Of a DNA stretch of 64,000 bases, positions 11,295 through 25,612 are shown in pieces. Position numbers and translations under genes: made by a program. Location of the stretch: positions 4,340,001 to 4,404,000 of the forward strand of contig NC_043015.1 in NCBI RefSeq assembly GCF_006345805.1. The letters run 5' to 3'. The first letter of the stretch is position 1, and each line of letters begins with the position of its first letter. The DNA is from Octopus sinensis. Lineage: Eukaryota. The notes beneath the pieces are model-generated. The model saw nothing but the letters and a program-made list of their open reading frames with translations. It did not search any database and was not told where the DNA came from.

Positions 11295-11396
11295 CACATA
11301 CGAAAGTGTCAAATGACAATAGAAATATGTAAGAAAAAATAATAATAATAATATATATTATAATTAAAGTTATGCATTGTCATTCTCATCAGGGTG
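11295..11396 (-). ncRNA. Degenerate type I hammerhead ribozyme motif in a PLE-like remnant between (TA)n tracts
   Basis: Minus strand: CACC-CTGATGA-GAATGACAAT...ATTGTCATTT-GACA-CTTTCG-TA-TGTG; 10-bp stem II; GAAA mutated to GACA. Confidence 0.5.
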
Positions 11397-11598
11397 GAAA
11401 ATTTAAGGAAGAACATCAAAGAAAAAAAAAATATTGGTAAAAATCAATAAGGTGAAACATATAGGGCAACAGGGAATATTCAACAGGATATTTACATATA
11501 AGTTGTAAAAAGGAAAGCAATAATAAGAGAGATGAAAAAGTAAGACATATCAATGTGTATGCAAGTGTATTTGTCTTTATGCATATAACGAACTATTT

Positions 11599-11641
<43 letters not shown>

Positions 11642-11803
11642 TATATATATATGTATGTATGTATGTATACATATTTATATATATGTATGTATACATAAAT
11701 ATAAATATATACATATATAAATATGTATTTATGTGTATATATATATATACATACACATATGTTTCTATGTTTGTTATATGCACTGACATGGATGTATAGT
11801 CAC

Positions 11804-11842
<39 letters not shown>

Positions 11843-11861
11843 TGTGTGTGTGTGTGTGTTT

Positions 11862-11904
<43 letters not shown>

Positions 11905-13015
11905 CGTGGTCTGAGCAATAAATATCTGAACTGTTACCACAGTAACAATAGGAAAGCACGCAAAGTAAGGCTTGCAGATTGACTTTGATCCCTGTTGTGT
12001 ATGTGGGCTAGTTTTTACATCCTAGCTCACTGCCGATATTTACAGCAGCGCTTGAAAGGAAGGAGTGTAACGTGTGACCGTCGCATTCACCATGGTTCAG
12101 AATGTTGTGTAGCAAATCTGCATCAAATCTTGCCAAATCTTTCGGGATACTTGCTCGTGTGTGTGTTTGTGTGTAAGAGAGAGAGAGAGAGAGAGAATGT
12201 GTGCTTATGTCTGACTAATGTATATATGTCAGAAAGACATGGGACGGCACTAACTCACAATCAAAAACAACTATTCCTCGATGTTGTACGTCTACTGTGT
12301 TCATGCAACGTAAACTAACGTGAAACTTTTTGTCATTCAGGAAATCGATTGTTTCAATGGTCGAAGCTTAATTATGTAATCTACAGATACAAACACAGCA
12401 TGTTTATCTATATTTAATGTGGGCGATTTTACCATTTGAACTGGAAGTATTTTCTAAAATATTACTGCTTCGAATTTTTCCTTTCCTTCCTTTCCTTCTG
12501 CTTTCGTAACCTCTGTCTTCATTTCTCCCGAGTGTCAGTTTGGATTTTAATAGCATTTGTTTCTTCAAAGCTGCAGCATCTTAAACATGCACATAATGAA
12601 CGGAATATTATATAGAGATTCATAAAATGAAATCAAACAATTAGGAATTAAATATTTTAAGCAAATTTGTTTCTCCAAACGAAACAATTAAAGAACTTCC
12701 CGAAAGTATTTTTATGTATTCAAAAATTTCTCCATGTACTTCTACGATAATTATATTATTGCTTTCTCTGAAATGCATCCGGTTTTAATTGTTTCTCAAG
12801 ATTGTTAATTGCGTAAACAAAGAATGAATTTGCATACACGGAAAACAATGCTTGAAAATTTAATGAGATGAAAGTGATAGTTATTTCCTTATTAATAAAG
12901 TAATCAAAATAAGTTCAAACTATGCGTTTTGCGATCAAGAAAATTACTAATACATGTGATCACATACACATATGTGCACGTTGTCGTGTTGAGCATTCAT
13001 TTTCACTTTTCGATG

Positions 13016-13049
<34 letters not shown>

Positions 13050-13557
13050 GAAAGCACACAATTTTTATTCTAGTTAAACTTATGTTTAACATTTTCTTTA
13101 AAAATAACGTGTTATAATATGCCTCCACGTGTATGCCCATGGTTAAGCATAGGTATTATTCTGTTATATTAACTTACACGCTGATTTTAACCACTACTTC
13201 AGCTAACCTTACATACATATATATATATGATAAAGTACATGTTAGATAGTTAGATATCGATATACATATAGAGAAAAATATTTATATGCATACATTTACA
13301 TAAGTTATCACATACACACATATAAGTATATATATATACTTATTCATCATGTTGGTTGCTAAGTCACATCAAGGTTGGGACTTGCCTTTTCTCATCATTT
13401 AAATTGTTACTTGATGATAGTTTATGGTTTTATGTAATATATCAGTGAATTAATAATATTCTACCGAAAGAGTTGCAGTAAATTTTAAACTCTATTTTTG
13501 TTCTTTATGCTTAGGGCAGGCCTGAATTTGGATCTACGGTTCATACTCTCTCTTTAC

Positions 13558-13773
13558 CCTTTATTCTTTTACTTGTTTCAGTCAAGTAACTTTGGTCTTG
13601 CTGGAGCACCACTTCTAGTCGAGCAAATCGACCCCAGGATTTATTCTTTGTAAGCCTTGTATTTATTCTATCGAGCTAAGTTACGCGGACATAAACACAC
13701 CAGCGTCGGTTGTGAAGTGATGTTGGCAGTACACAGACACACAAACGCATACACGCATATTCATATATATATA

Positions 13774-13815
<42 letters not shown>
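13558..13815 (-). mobile_element. SINE family B, 3' half
   Basis: TTTTACTTGTTTCAGTC..GCTGGAGCACC..GTCGAGCAAATCGACCCC. Confidence 0.8.
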
Positions 13816-13834
<19 letters not shown>

Positions 13835-13926
13835 GGAGGGAGAGAAGGTGTGTGCGGAAGTGAGCGTGTGTGTATATGTGCTTCTGTGTGTTCGAGTGTG
13901 TGTGTAAATGAGTAAGTATAGAGGTA

Positions 13927-14261
13927 CAAGTGTCAATCCTTTATGGCCGTTTCCATGAAGAAACGATCTACGTCAGATGAATTCATGGACTTCAAAATTA
14001 AGGAAGTTCAAACTGATTTAACATAGTTGAAAGTCAATGGAGCAAAATATTTTCAGTAATTCTCTTGCTATTTCGGTTGAAAATCCACAAACGGAAGCAG
14101 TAGCAGAATCACTGAAAATATTTTCCTCTGTGGATTTTAAATTTCCTGGAATTTGAAGATCATGAATTCATGCCAATTGGACGGTTTCTTTATAATGATG
14201 AAATGTTTTAATTAATCAATAAGAGGACTCGTGAGAAACGGCCCTAATGAGTTGACACATG
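13927..14261. mobile_element. Palindromic MITE, probably Tc1/mariner-derived
   Basis: GTGTCAATCCTTTATGGCCGTTTC pairs with GAAACGGCCCTAATGAGTTGACAC; internal arms (ATGAATTCATG..CTTCAAA; AAAATATTTTCAGT.ATTCT) are also inverted. Confidence 0.75.
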
Positions 14262-14410
14262 CACATCTACTGTTACTCATTTATATTTTATTCATTTCTT
14301 AAATATTACATATTGAACAGCTCAGGAGCAGATATATTTACTCAGCAGGGTGTAATTTTCTACATACACTGCATGAATATCATTCGACCGCACTCCTGTA
14401 CAAAGTTCTT

Positions 14411-14455
<45 letters not shown>

Positions 14456-14479
14456 ATGTGTGTGTGTATGTATGTATGT

Positions 14480-14760
14480 ATAAATTTAAAGTAATTAGTG
14501 TGAAAAATTGAATATTAATTTCAGTAGTATCAATTTAAAACCAATGGTCTAACATTTGGAAAAATCTGAAGAATCAGAAAAAGTATATTACATACATATA
14601 CGAGGGATGACGAGTAAGTGGACTTACCTTACGGTAGAAATCCCCTCCCCTTTATGGTCTTACCTCTAAGAAAGCAATCTTCTTAAGAAAATTTAGCTAA
14701 ATTCCTTTCTTCTGGCATAAGTTATGACCACTAAATAGTCATCCCTCTTATATGTATGTA
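14480..14760. repeat. PLE pseudo-LTR-like remnant with inverted repeat
   Basis: TACATACATATACGAGGGATGAC (14589-14611) is inverted at 14738-14760; flanked by TA/TG microsatellites. Confidence 0.45.
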
Positions 14761-14866
14761 TATACATACCTGTAAACATATATATATTTTTTTCATTCCA
14801 GCACACAATCTCAGATCAAGTCACACGCTATGCAAGTACATCTCTCTCTGTCTCTCTGTCTCTCTG

Positions 14867-14920
<54 letters not shown>

Positions 14921-15789
14921 TATGTGCGTGTGCGGGGGGTGTACGTATGTATGGATACATGTATACATGCAGTACTTTATTTACACATTATACCTAATTG
15001 TTGTTACGTCACTGTGAATTGAATGCTAGGGTAGCAACGTGCTGATGTGCTTAGACTTTATAAGTCTGTTATTAATAGATAGGGAATCGTGTTTAAGTTT
15101 AATTTATACCTAAAGTATTTTTAAACGTGATTTTATTTTGGGATGCCTAAATGCGTGTACGAGTATTTGTGTATACGTGAATTTCTGTTTGCGAATAATC
15201 GATGAGATTCTCACAAGAACGTGCAATAACAAAGTCAGTTGCATCGATTCAAAGTAATATTTTCTATTTCGTCAATAATAGAATGCAAAATAGTAAATTA
15301 TATCCGAATTTCTTTTTAATTCAAAATTATAGTTTATTATGAATTATTAGAGATAAATGATCCTGTAAGAAACGTGAGTTTTATGAGCCATAAACGATGC
15401 CTTCGTTGCAGTTTGGGAGAGAGTCTATGCAGCTATGGATTTATACTATAAATGGAACGGTTGACCAAGAAATAGAGAGAAAAACCGATGTAGTGGCATA
15501 TAATAAATATCGTGTGGGAGGAGGTCGAAATTTTGTAACAGTTGCTTGTATAAATTCAAAGAAGTGAAAGCGGTTCTTTTCGTAAGCATTTACATAGTAT
15601 ATTTATGTATGAATGTGTGTGTGTGTGTGTGTGTGTGCGCGTGTGTGTAAATGGGTGAGTTTTTGTATTCCATTTGCACTTTTATACTGCTCTTAACTAC
15701 AATTGCTCTATTTGGTCAGGTTCAAGTGGTAAATACAAGTATGTGGATGTATGCAGGGGTGATGTATGATTGTTTATTTATAAGAGAAG

Positions 15790-16225
15790 AATAAAGCAGA
15801 GATCCAAATTACTGATGTACACGGAAAGACTAGATCAATTAACAAATGCTATCCCGGGAGAGAGTTGAGAATATTCTTGGAATGATGAAGGTTTCTACTC
15901 TGCGAGCTACATCATCTGATACCTGATCAAAAGTGCAACCAACCAAGCTTCAGCACTTGAAAATCTGACATATTTTGAGGAAGATCTATTCGGTTCGCAT
16001 GAACGTTTAGTAACCCAGGATGCGTATTGTCTTCATCCCTTTTTGTCACACAAATGAACAATTCATGCAGAGGAACAACACCTCGTCATCTGCTCCAAAG
16101 AAGACCTAGTTCCTTTCATCTGCAGGGAAGTTGATGATCTTAGATTTTTGTTATGCAAAAAGGTATTGGGATCATTCATTAACTTCCAAGGAGCCACATC
16201 ATCAATGGAGAGTACTATGTCAAAT
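15790..16225 (+). mobile_element. Old mariner transposase fragment
   Basis: RERVENILGMMKVS..PDQK..ERLVTQD..APKK..SSAGKLM..INGEYY. Confidence 0.75.
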
Positions 16226-16544
16226 TTTTCAGTCCTTTAAGAAAGGTTTTCGCCACCAAATGTCAAGGAAACTTTTCAAAGTGTCCCGTTTCAACAACGC
16301 AGTGCCCCAGCAGGCAAGTCCTATGTTTCACTGGGGGATCATCATCCCTCTTTTGATTTTGTCCCATATTACTGACATCTGTTCATTGATTATAGACTTT
16401 CCATTTTTCCTACAACTTTTTTCTGACACAGATGATAAATATTTGAATATTGCTCGATTAAAATAGCGCAAATGCGATCAGTTACACCAGCAAACTTGCC
16501 TACACTCAAATATATATGGAGGCTTGACAACTGAGTTCTCAACG

Positions 16545-17730
16545 ATGTTTTCAAATTTTGGAATTTATTGCCATTTGTTTTATTTTGGAATCTATGATTT
16601 TCGAGAATTCTATTTTTGAATCATCTTGGAATCAATTTTGTTTTGTTCTTTCTAGTTAATTTTAGTTAATATTTATTTAATTTCTGATCATTAAAACAGA
16701 ATGTCAATAAAGAAAAAAACCGACACCTGTTTTTGGTTTTAATCAAAATTCTAAAGCTGCAAAAGCTGAAAGAACCGCTTGTAATTGGTATACCAAGTAG
16801 AGAAATGGAAATTTTGAACTCAAAGAAGCACATCGTTCTGGCTTCATCTAGTTGAACCTGATGAAGAGCGATTAAACCAACTATTGCACGAAAATTCTCG
16901 TCAAATGACAAAGGAAGTGGCAGAGAAAATGGTATGCTCCCACACTGCTATAGATGGGAAAGTTTCAGAAGTATGGAGCATGGGTTCTGCATGCTTTAAT
17001 AGTTAACAAGAAAATCAACGAGCCACAATCCCGCCTGGTTTGCTTGTTCATCACCGCTCACCTCATGCAGGCAAGCAACGATTTATTTACCGAATCGTTA
17101 CTGGCGAAGGAAAATGGTGCCTGTACATCAATATGAAGCAGCGTAAGGAATGGATTAAGCCCCGGTAAGCAAGCGACACCGCGCGTGAAAGAAGATCTTC
17201 ATCCGCGTAAAACGATGTTGTGCGTATGGTGGAACTGATAAGGGATCATCCATTACGAATTGCTTGAACGGAAAAAAACGGAATTTTCAAAAATGGAACG
17301 GCCCAACACGGCTATTCAAGAGAAAATACCTAATCAGTAGCATGGAGCTCTTCTACTGCACGACAACGCCCGCCCTCATATCACCAATATGAAAAAGGAA
17401 GCCATTCAACTGCATGGCTGGGAAGTGCTACCACATCCACCGTACACTCCTGGTTTCCGAGCAATGGATTTCCACCTCTTTCCATCTCTTTTAAATGCTA
17501 CGCGCAGAGTTTCGTTCAGTACTTATGCAGAATAGAGAACTTGTTTGGATCAATTTTTCGAGTCAAAATAGGGTGATTTCTACAAACAAAGTATTGAAAA
17601 TCTTGTTGAACGTTGGGAAGAAGTTGTAAACAACAAGGGTGAATACATTATTGTTGTTTTTTTTTTATTAAACCTTTTAGAAAATTAAAATTTAAAAAAA
17701 ACGGCGGGAACTTTATGTGCCAACCCAATA
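16545..17730 (+). mobile_element. Decayed mariner (DD34D) transposon
   Basis: GAWVLH, RIVTGEGKWCLY, LHPRKTMLCVWW, LLHDNARPH, GWEVLPHPPYTP..DFHLF; right TIR ..GAACTTTATGTGCCAACCCAA-TA at ~17700-17730; left TIR not seen. Confidence 0.92.
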
Positions 17731-18092
17731 GATGAGTTCAGCAGATTGAATTACAAAAAAAAAAAAAAACATATATAATCCAGTATCACTTCATTAGTTA
17801 GAATTCTCTTATCGTAATATCACTAAAACTAGAATGAAGTTCATGGCCGCAGCGTTGATTTAGACTCGTATGTTAGTCCATAAAATGTGTACGTCGATAT
17901 GCGCGTGAGAGAGAGTTTGTGTATATGCAAGTTCGCGTGTGTATGTTTATTATGAGGATGCTGTTTAGTTCAACGGCCTTTGGAATACTTCTTTCTTTTG
18001 CGTACAGTAAATAAAGACACACACACACACACCACATACACACACATTCTCACACAAATACGTACATACATACATACATATACATATATATC

Positions 18093-18152
<60 letters not shown>

Positions 18153-18170
18153 TAAAATCATGCACACACA

Positions 18171-19252
18171 TATATATATGGAGGTATTTATACACACGTA
18201 TATATATATATGTGTGCGTGTGTCTGTGTCTCTGAGTGTATGAATGTATGAATGTATGTATGTATGTAAGATTGCAGTGGCATAAAAATTATATAAAGAA
18301 TGCATATATAGATTTACAATATCATATAAATGAATATTTTTATACGTTCATACATACATACATCCATGCAGGTGTTGTCAGTACGCGTGAGTATGCGTTT
18401 CTCTGTCTGATGTGTGTATGTGTGTGTGTGTGGGTGTGGTGTGTGTGTGTGTGAAACATAGGGAAGCATACATAATCATATATGTCAAAGATTTTAATAA
18501 ATTACACGTAAGTTATTGTAACATCAAAAGTATTTAGAATCTAGAAAACTCTTTTTAGCTGGAAATATAAGCTATAATATTAGTTGATGCCATTGATGTA
18601 GCGAAAGAAGAAAAATTATACTGCTTAAAATAGTGGCATATAAAATTAATACCTATGCATTAATCTAAATTTCGTTATGGATGTAGAGGGAGAAGGGGAA
18701 CTTTTGCGGATACACTTAATTCTATGTACATATGCATGTGTGTTTGTGTGTGTGTGTATACGTATATGAACATAGGTATACATAGATGCATACAGATACA
18801 CGCACTCACACGTCTACAGAGACATACACACGTACACACAATATGCATTCATACACAAGCAATCACAAACAGACATATATAAAGAGACAGTGAGAGAAGT
18901 ATATTTGTTGAAGTGTGATTGTATGGTGCATATAATGTTGACTTACACGTATATTTCGAGGTATGAACTAAAGCATATAGCTATATTTACAAGCTTTAAA
19001 TACAAATGAATTCTTTTTGAGTAGCAGAACAGTCGGAAGCTAGAAATATGTAACATTCTATAGCAAATTGGTTAGAGTCTCAACCTAACATTGGTAAAGT
19101 TTTTCTGTATTTTTAAGTCAACAGATCGCCTCCTGTTTATATACCTCAATAAGAGATTATTAATGTAACTTTATGCTGTATGACAGTTGATCACTTGCCT
19201 ACCTAGGTGGTACGTCCATGACATATATACATTACATATATAAATTATATAT

Positions 19253-19307
<55 letters not shown>

Positions 19308-19591
19308 ATATATATATATATAAATACATACACACACATAATATATGGAGGTATTTATACACACGTATATATATATATGTGTGCGTGTGTCTGTGTCTCT
19401 GAGTGTATGAATGTATGAATGTATGTATGTATGTATGTATAGATTTGCAGTGCATAAAAATATATAAAGAATGCATATATAGATTTACAATATCATATAA
19501 ATGAATATTTTTATACGTTCATACATACATACATCCATGCAGGTGTTGTCAGTACGCGTGAGTATGCGTTTCTCTGTCTGTATGTGTGTAT

Positions 19592-19632
<41 letters not shown>

Positions 19633-20413
19633 ATAGGGAAGCATACATAATCATATATGTCAAAGATTTTAATAAATTACACGTAAGTTTATTGTAACAT
19701 CTAAAAGTATTTAGAATCTAGAAAACTCTTTTTAGCTGGAAATATAAGCTATAAATATTAGTTGATGCCATTGATGTAGCGAAAGAAGAAAAATTATACT
19801 GCTTAAAATAGTGGCATATAAAATTGAATACCTATGCATTAATCTAAATTTCGTTATGGATGTAGAGGGAGAAGGGGAACTTTTGCGGATACACTTAATT
19901 CTATGTACATATGCATGTGTGTTTGTGTGTGTGTGTATACGTATATGAACATAGGTATACATAGATGCATACAGATACACGCACTCACACGTCTACAGAG
20001 ACATACACACGTACACACATATATGCATTCATACACAAGCAATCACAAACAGACATATATAAAGAGACAGTGAGAGAAGTATATTTGTTGAAGTGTGATT
20101 GTATGGTGCATATAATGTTGACTTACACGTATATTTCGATGTATGAACTAAAGCATATAGCTATATTTACAAGCTTTAATTACAACTGAATTCTTTTTGA
20201 GTAGCAGAACAGTCGGAAGCTAGAAATATGTAACATTCTATAGCAAATTGGTTAGAGCTCTCAACCTAACATTGGTAAAGTTTTTTCTGTTATTTTTAAG
20301 TCAACAGATCGCCTCCTGTTTATATACCTCAATAAGAGATTATTAATGTAACTTTATGCTGTATGACAGTTGATCACTTGCCTACCTAGGTGGTACGTCC
20401 ATGACATATATAC

Positions 20414-20415
<2 letters not shown>
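18171..20415. repeat. Tandem duplication of a ~1.07-kb segment (18171-19232 and 19341-20415)
   Basis: Near-identical copies that differ mostly by 1-bp indels, separated by a (TA)n tract. Confidence 0.95.
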
Positions 20416-20482
<67 letters not shown>

Positions 20483-20539
20483 AATATATGCATATATACG
20501 TACATATATGTACATACCTACATATATATGTATATATAC

Positions 20540-21020
20540 AAGCACATATGGGTACAGGACATAAAAAAACGTTGAACACAATGAGAAACGAACAAAAAAA
20601 AACATAGGAACGAACATTTTTGTCAAACAACGAAAAAAACCGGAGAAACAAGACATACAACACAAGGAATATTCCCCTTCTTCAATTGTCCCTGTTTCAT
20701 CTACTCCGCGTACGAAAGTAAGGGCAAGACGTGACTTCTTTGAAACAGTTCTTCCCGCATAGCAAATTAAATAAAATTAGGGCTTTTTGCGGATATATAT
20801 ATATATATTTATAATTTTCGAAATTATAACTACACGTGCACTACTGTCGGCTTTTTTCCTCCTTCTCCAGTTTCTTTGGGATATTTCTATGTCTGCTGTT
20901 TCTGCAGAAGAGCTATGCTCGCAATATAGATCAACCACTCCTTCTTTCATTCTCTGCGCGTCACGTTAATATTTGCAGGTAACATGTCCTCTCGTTGTTA
21001 TCTTTTTCTCTCCATTTTTA
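20540..21020. mobile_element. PLE pseudo-LTR-like remnant with decayed hammerhead-like motif at 20899-20930 (+)
   Basis: CTGCAGA-A-GAGC-TAT-GCTC-GCAA-TA-TA; same layout as the 26294 motif; microsatellite-flanked. Confidence 0.4.
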
Positions 21021-21846
21021 AAATTAATTCTACGTGCGTGAATGTGTGCGCGTACGTGTATGCGTGTACGTGTGTTCGTGTATGTCTGTGTGTTTGTGTG
21101 TGTCTGAATTACTGTATGTCTATGCATAAGTGCCTCTGTAAAACTTTAACACGAAAATCTCCGATAATATACATATAATTATATAATAATATGATATTTA
21201 TTTTACATTGATACTCTTTTAATCTGTACACATGAATATAAAGTTTTGGAAACAGGAAATTTTTCAAGTACTTTGAAGAACTCTCAAGTATATTGCATCT
21301 ATATTAAACTGTTTTGGTCTTTATAAACTTTTCTGCAATTATAAATTAATAGAAGTATTTGGCATAGAATTACATTTGAGATATAATTAAATATACTTCA
21401 GAAATATTTCCCATTGCTATATTAAAGTTACATAAATTGATTTTGCATTCTATCACACAAATGTACACAGATTGAATAAGCGTGTGTGTAGTTTGTCTAG
21501 ATTTCATTTCAGACACAACATATCTAATCCTATACAGCATGAGCATATAGCTCCCTATATTAATATCCTGAGATTAAAATTGAGCTAAGATTTTTCTATT
21601 CCTAGCAGTTTCAACGTCCTCATATACTCGTAATGTACACGCGTTAATTTTTATTTTTATGCAAGTCCACACATCTTAGAGGAAGGATTAGATTGATTGA
21701 ATCGCCACTACCACTTGAGAGGTATTTTTATTTATCGAGCTCGTAGAAATAGAATCCTCTGTGAGACCTAGGCTGAATTTGAACACAGAATTTAAAGGAT
21801 AAAAAAAATTGCTGCAGACAATCTTGACCGGGTTGCTAACGTTTCA

Positions 21847-22442
21847 TATTTCTTTATTGCCCTCAAAAAGGTTAAACATTCAGGGGACAAACAAGGACAG
21901 ACAAAGAGGTTAAGCCAATTACATCGACCCCAGTACGTAACTGGTACTTAATTTGTCGAACCCGAAAGAATGAAAGACAATGTTGACCTCGGCGGAATTT
22001 GAACTCAGAAACGTAGCGGCAGACGGAATACCTATTTCTTTACTACCCACAAGGGGCTAAACACAGAGAGGACAAACAAGGAGAGACACGCAGATTAAAT
22101 CGATTATATCGACCTCAGTGCGTAACTGGTACTCATTTAATCGACCCCGAAATACGAAAGGCAAAGTCGACGTCGGCGGAATTTGAACTCAGAACGTAGC
22201 AGCAGGCGAAATACCTATTTCTTTACTACCCACAAGGGGCTAAACACAGAGAGGACAAAGACAGACAAACGGATTACATCGATTATATCGATCCCAGTGA
22301 ATAATTGGTACTTATTTAATCGATCCCGAAAAGATGAAAAGCAAAGTGGACCTCGGCCGAATTTGAACTCGAAGGTAGCTGCAGACGAAATACCGCTAAG
22401 CATTTCGCCCGGCGTGCTAATGTTTGTGCCAGCTCGCCGCCT
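21847..22442 (-). mobile_element. Head-to-tail trimer of SINE family A
   Basis: Three units (21847-22032, 22033-22215, 22216-22442); junctions AATACC|TATTTCTTTA; only the last unit has the complete 5' end. Confidence 0.9.
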
Positions 22443-23161
22443 TTATAGCTACTGTAATTACGACTACCATTTCCCCGAAACAGGTAACTATCTGCTAAAA
22501 TGTGAAACGAATTATACACACCAAACGTATCAATCAGTGGCATATCAGCTACGATAATCGAACGGTACATTACATGAAGAATTTCAGTTCTATGTAAACA
22601 CAATATCACATAATGTTATATGATTTTGAATATTTTCATATGCAAACAATATGGAGCAGTGTGTTGATAAATTTTTGCTACGGAAACATGTACTAATACC
22701 GAAACACCAATACGTTACATTCATAAATATACGTGTGCGAAGGAGTGTGAGTGTGCGCGCGTGTATGTGCGTGCGTGTGAATGAATATGTGTGCGTGTAT
22801 TCTCACTCATATAAATGCACCTACACATATACATGCACACTCACACACGCACACATATATAAATATATGTATATATAATGTTATATAATGACGGCAGGTT
22901 TTCGAACAGCACACCAGATCATCACTTACCGATGACAAGATCAGTGGAATGCCTCCGAGAAGAGCGATTCGGACTCCGTACCAAAGCTTGTCTGACGCGA
23001 ACCACAGATAAGATGAGACAGCAAAATCACAGCTGTTTGGAATTTAACATATACATGTTCACACAAGACCCGCGTTAGTCACCGCATTCGTATTATTATC
23101 GTACCCAGAGTTACATAGCCTTACCCACCATCCTGTGTCTTCTGGATTTCAATACCTCTCA

Positions 23162-23227
<66 letters not shown>

Positions 23228-23247
23228 ATGTGTGTGTGTGTGTGTGT

Positions 23248-23293
<46 letters not shown>

Positions 23294-24799
23294 CGAATAG
23301 AATTTTGTTCTCCAAGTTTTTCTTTATAATTGACAGTGAATTTGTAAAGATTTGCTTTTATATTCGTTGCAATGTCCTTAATATCTTCACAGGTCCTCAT
23401 TGTAGCGTCAGCATTCTTTAAAAAAAAAAAGACAATTGGTCTACAATACCGAGCTTAATTTGATTTCTTGCTGATGTTTCAATGTTTTGAAATCCAAATA
23501 ATTATGCTTTTCAACCATTTGAGATTTTCAACTCCTTTTTTTTTCCGGTGCGTTGATTTCAGCATTTATGCATTCATATACATTTGCCCGAAGAGAACTC
23601 GTTTACAGTTTTATTGTCCTGTATAATTATTTGCGATATCAAACAGTAATATCTCGAAGGCAACTCTAACTAGTATTGTTGTGAGTGAGAGCAGAGACAA
23701 TGCCTTTTTCTGTTTTTCGCACATTATACACAATTCCAATGGAAATAAGCTTTTAGCTATCTAGACGTAAATGATCTCATTTCTAAACAGAGAATTCATT
23801 ATGAACCAAGTCTTTCACATTTAAATAAACAAAACTATCATATTTGAATCGAGGAAATATTCAATTCTGTTATCAAATATTAAAATAATAGAGTTCTGAG
23901 CAAACTTTCTATCAGCCGTTAGCTATACTGTGCTTCTAACTGTTGTTGTGGTTTGGTACTTCAAAACCATCTCATATTCCATATCTCGTAATGAAAATAT
24001 TTATGAGATAACACACAAACTACGCAATGCACAAATATGGTATTCCATTTAATTTAATTTGGATGTCTTCAGCAGTGTACAATACAATGTTTCCCTAGGT
24101 AATTCACATGTCTTTCTGGATTCCTTCCTGTCTTTTTGTATTTGTTGTACAAGTTAAAAGATTTTAATTAACAAGGACTTAATAATGGTGATAATGAATT
24201 CAAATGTCATTCATATTTTGAGAACTGTACATATAAAAGTGCATTGCTCACTAATATATGTACAGTTTAATTACAATGTAATTACAGTTCGTGATTCATC
24301 CGTTTTGTGTATACCAGGCCACATCATTATAAATGTTACATTATCATAATTATTTGTTTTAAATATAAAACACGACAAACTTTGCTTACTATGGTCCTCA
24401 TTGTGTAGGACTTGTTTTGCATATGCATTATATTATTGATTGGTACGCACGGTTAGTTATAAGGGGCTAATTATTCACTACGCATCGAAATATGCATAAA
24501 GCTGTAGTTAAACACAAATAAGATTATTATGTACTTATACCTGCACAAAGTTCTTTCCCCATTTTGAACGAAGCTTAAATTCATAGCTGTTAATTTCTGA
24601 GCGATTTAAATTATGTTGTCCGTTATATAAGTTAAATGCAATATATACACGACACACGCACACGTTCACAAGCACCGAGAACTCAGTTAAAATTCCATTT
24701 CTTCATATAACAATATAAGCAATGAACGATAGGTTGAGATACACAAAGAGAATATTTATTTTGAAAGCCAATTCTCTGATTCAGGTCTGTAATGCACAA

Positions 24800-25612
24800 A
24801 ACCATTATGCTACCCTACGCGTCTCTCTTTGTAGCGTTCACCTCTCCTACGCCACACCCTCACTCTGTCATCCGAGGTGGAAACGCAGTTATGGTTCTCA
24901 CCACCGAAGACTATCAACCTCTATTGATGTCACCAATGTCGGTGCTGTCTAGTCGTGCCTGACGGTGGATGGCGGAGTTGATATGCCCTCCAGCAGGACG
25001 ATGGCAACGCAGGTTGTTGGCGGCCAGTTGACGTCGTACCGTGATGTCGTTTATGGCTCGCTGTCCAGTGCCAATGTTCTCGCGAGCTGTCAGACTGAGC
25101 ACTCTGAAGCGATCACGGTGGTGTTGCAGATAAATAAAGCAGCCCTGCCTCGGAGTAATTACCCGGGTGTGCCCTCTATGAGCACGGTCTGTAGTGCTCT
25201 TAATGTTGTTGCATCGCTGTTGTTACATGGACATTGTAAGCTTTCGCAACAACCAGAGCACGCTGCCCTACTTGCAATCGACCGATAGATTGTCCTCTCT
25301 ACGCTAATGACAATCAAATCATACTTGATGCATCGAATTACGAATGCAAGGAACGCGGTTCAAGTTGATTTTTATACCCATAACCTCCACGTTATGCCCG
25401 TACATTTCGGTGTTCATGACAATTGTTTGAGATATTCAACGCAACTGCGTTTTGGGGTGTAGTTTCAGGGCAAGTTGAAAGGCTACCTGAAATTTCTCAG
25501 CGATAAAGCAGCATCTCTTGGAATATTTACACTTATATCGCAGAAATAAATTTTCAAAATTTACCATGTAAAGATGACATTTGAAAAATCACATTTCAAT
25601 TGTAGTACGCTG
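24800..25612 (-). mobile_element. Decayed Tc1-like transposon, 5' half
   Basis: IGRLQVGQ..VAKAYNV, RVITPRQ, ITVRRQL..NLRCHRPA, HRQARL, RVRVWRRRGERY, GSIMV; probable terminus TA-CAGCGTAC at 25612. Confidence 0.85.

Noticed and set aside
14568-14592. CTGAAGA..GAAA hammerhead-like string
   Set aside because: No stem II or stem III can form.
16858-16880. CTGATGA string
   Set aside because: Inside the mariner coding relic; no GAAA or stems.
21847-22442. Regularly spaced repeats suggestive of a CRISPR array
   Set aside because: Units are whole SINE bodies with no unique spacers; eukaryotic context, no cas genes.
22945-23020. Possible decayed hammerhead (GAAGA-GCG..CGC-GAAC)
   Set aside because: Both core halves are mutated and stems I and III are unconvincing.
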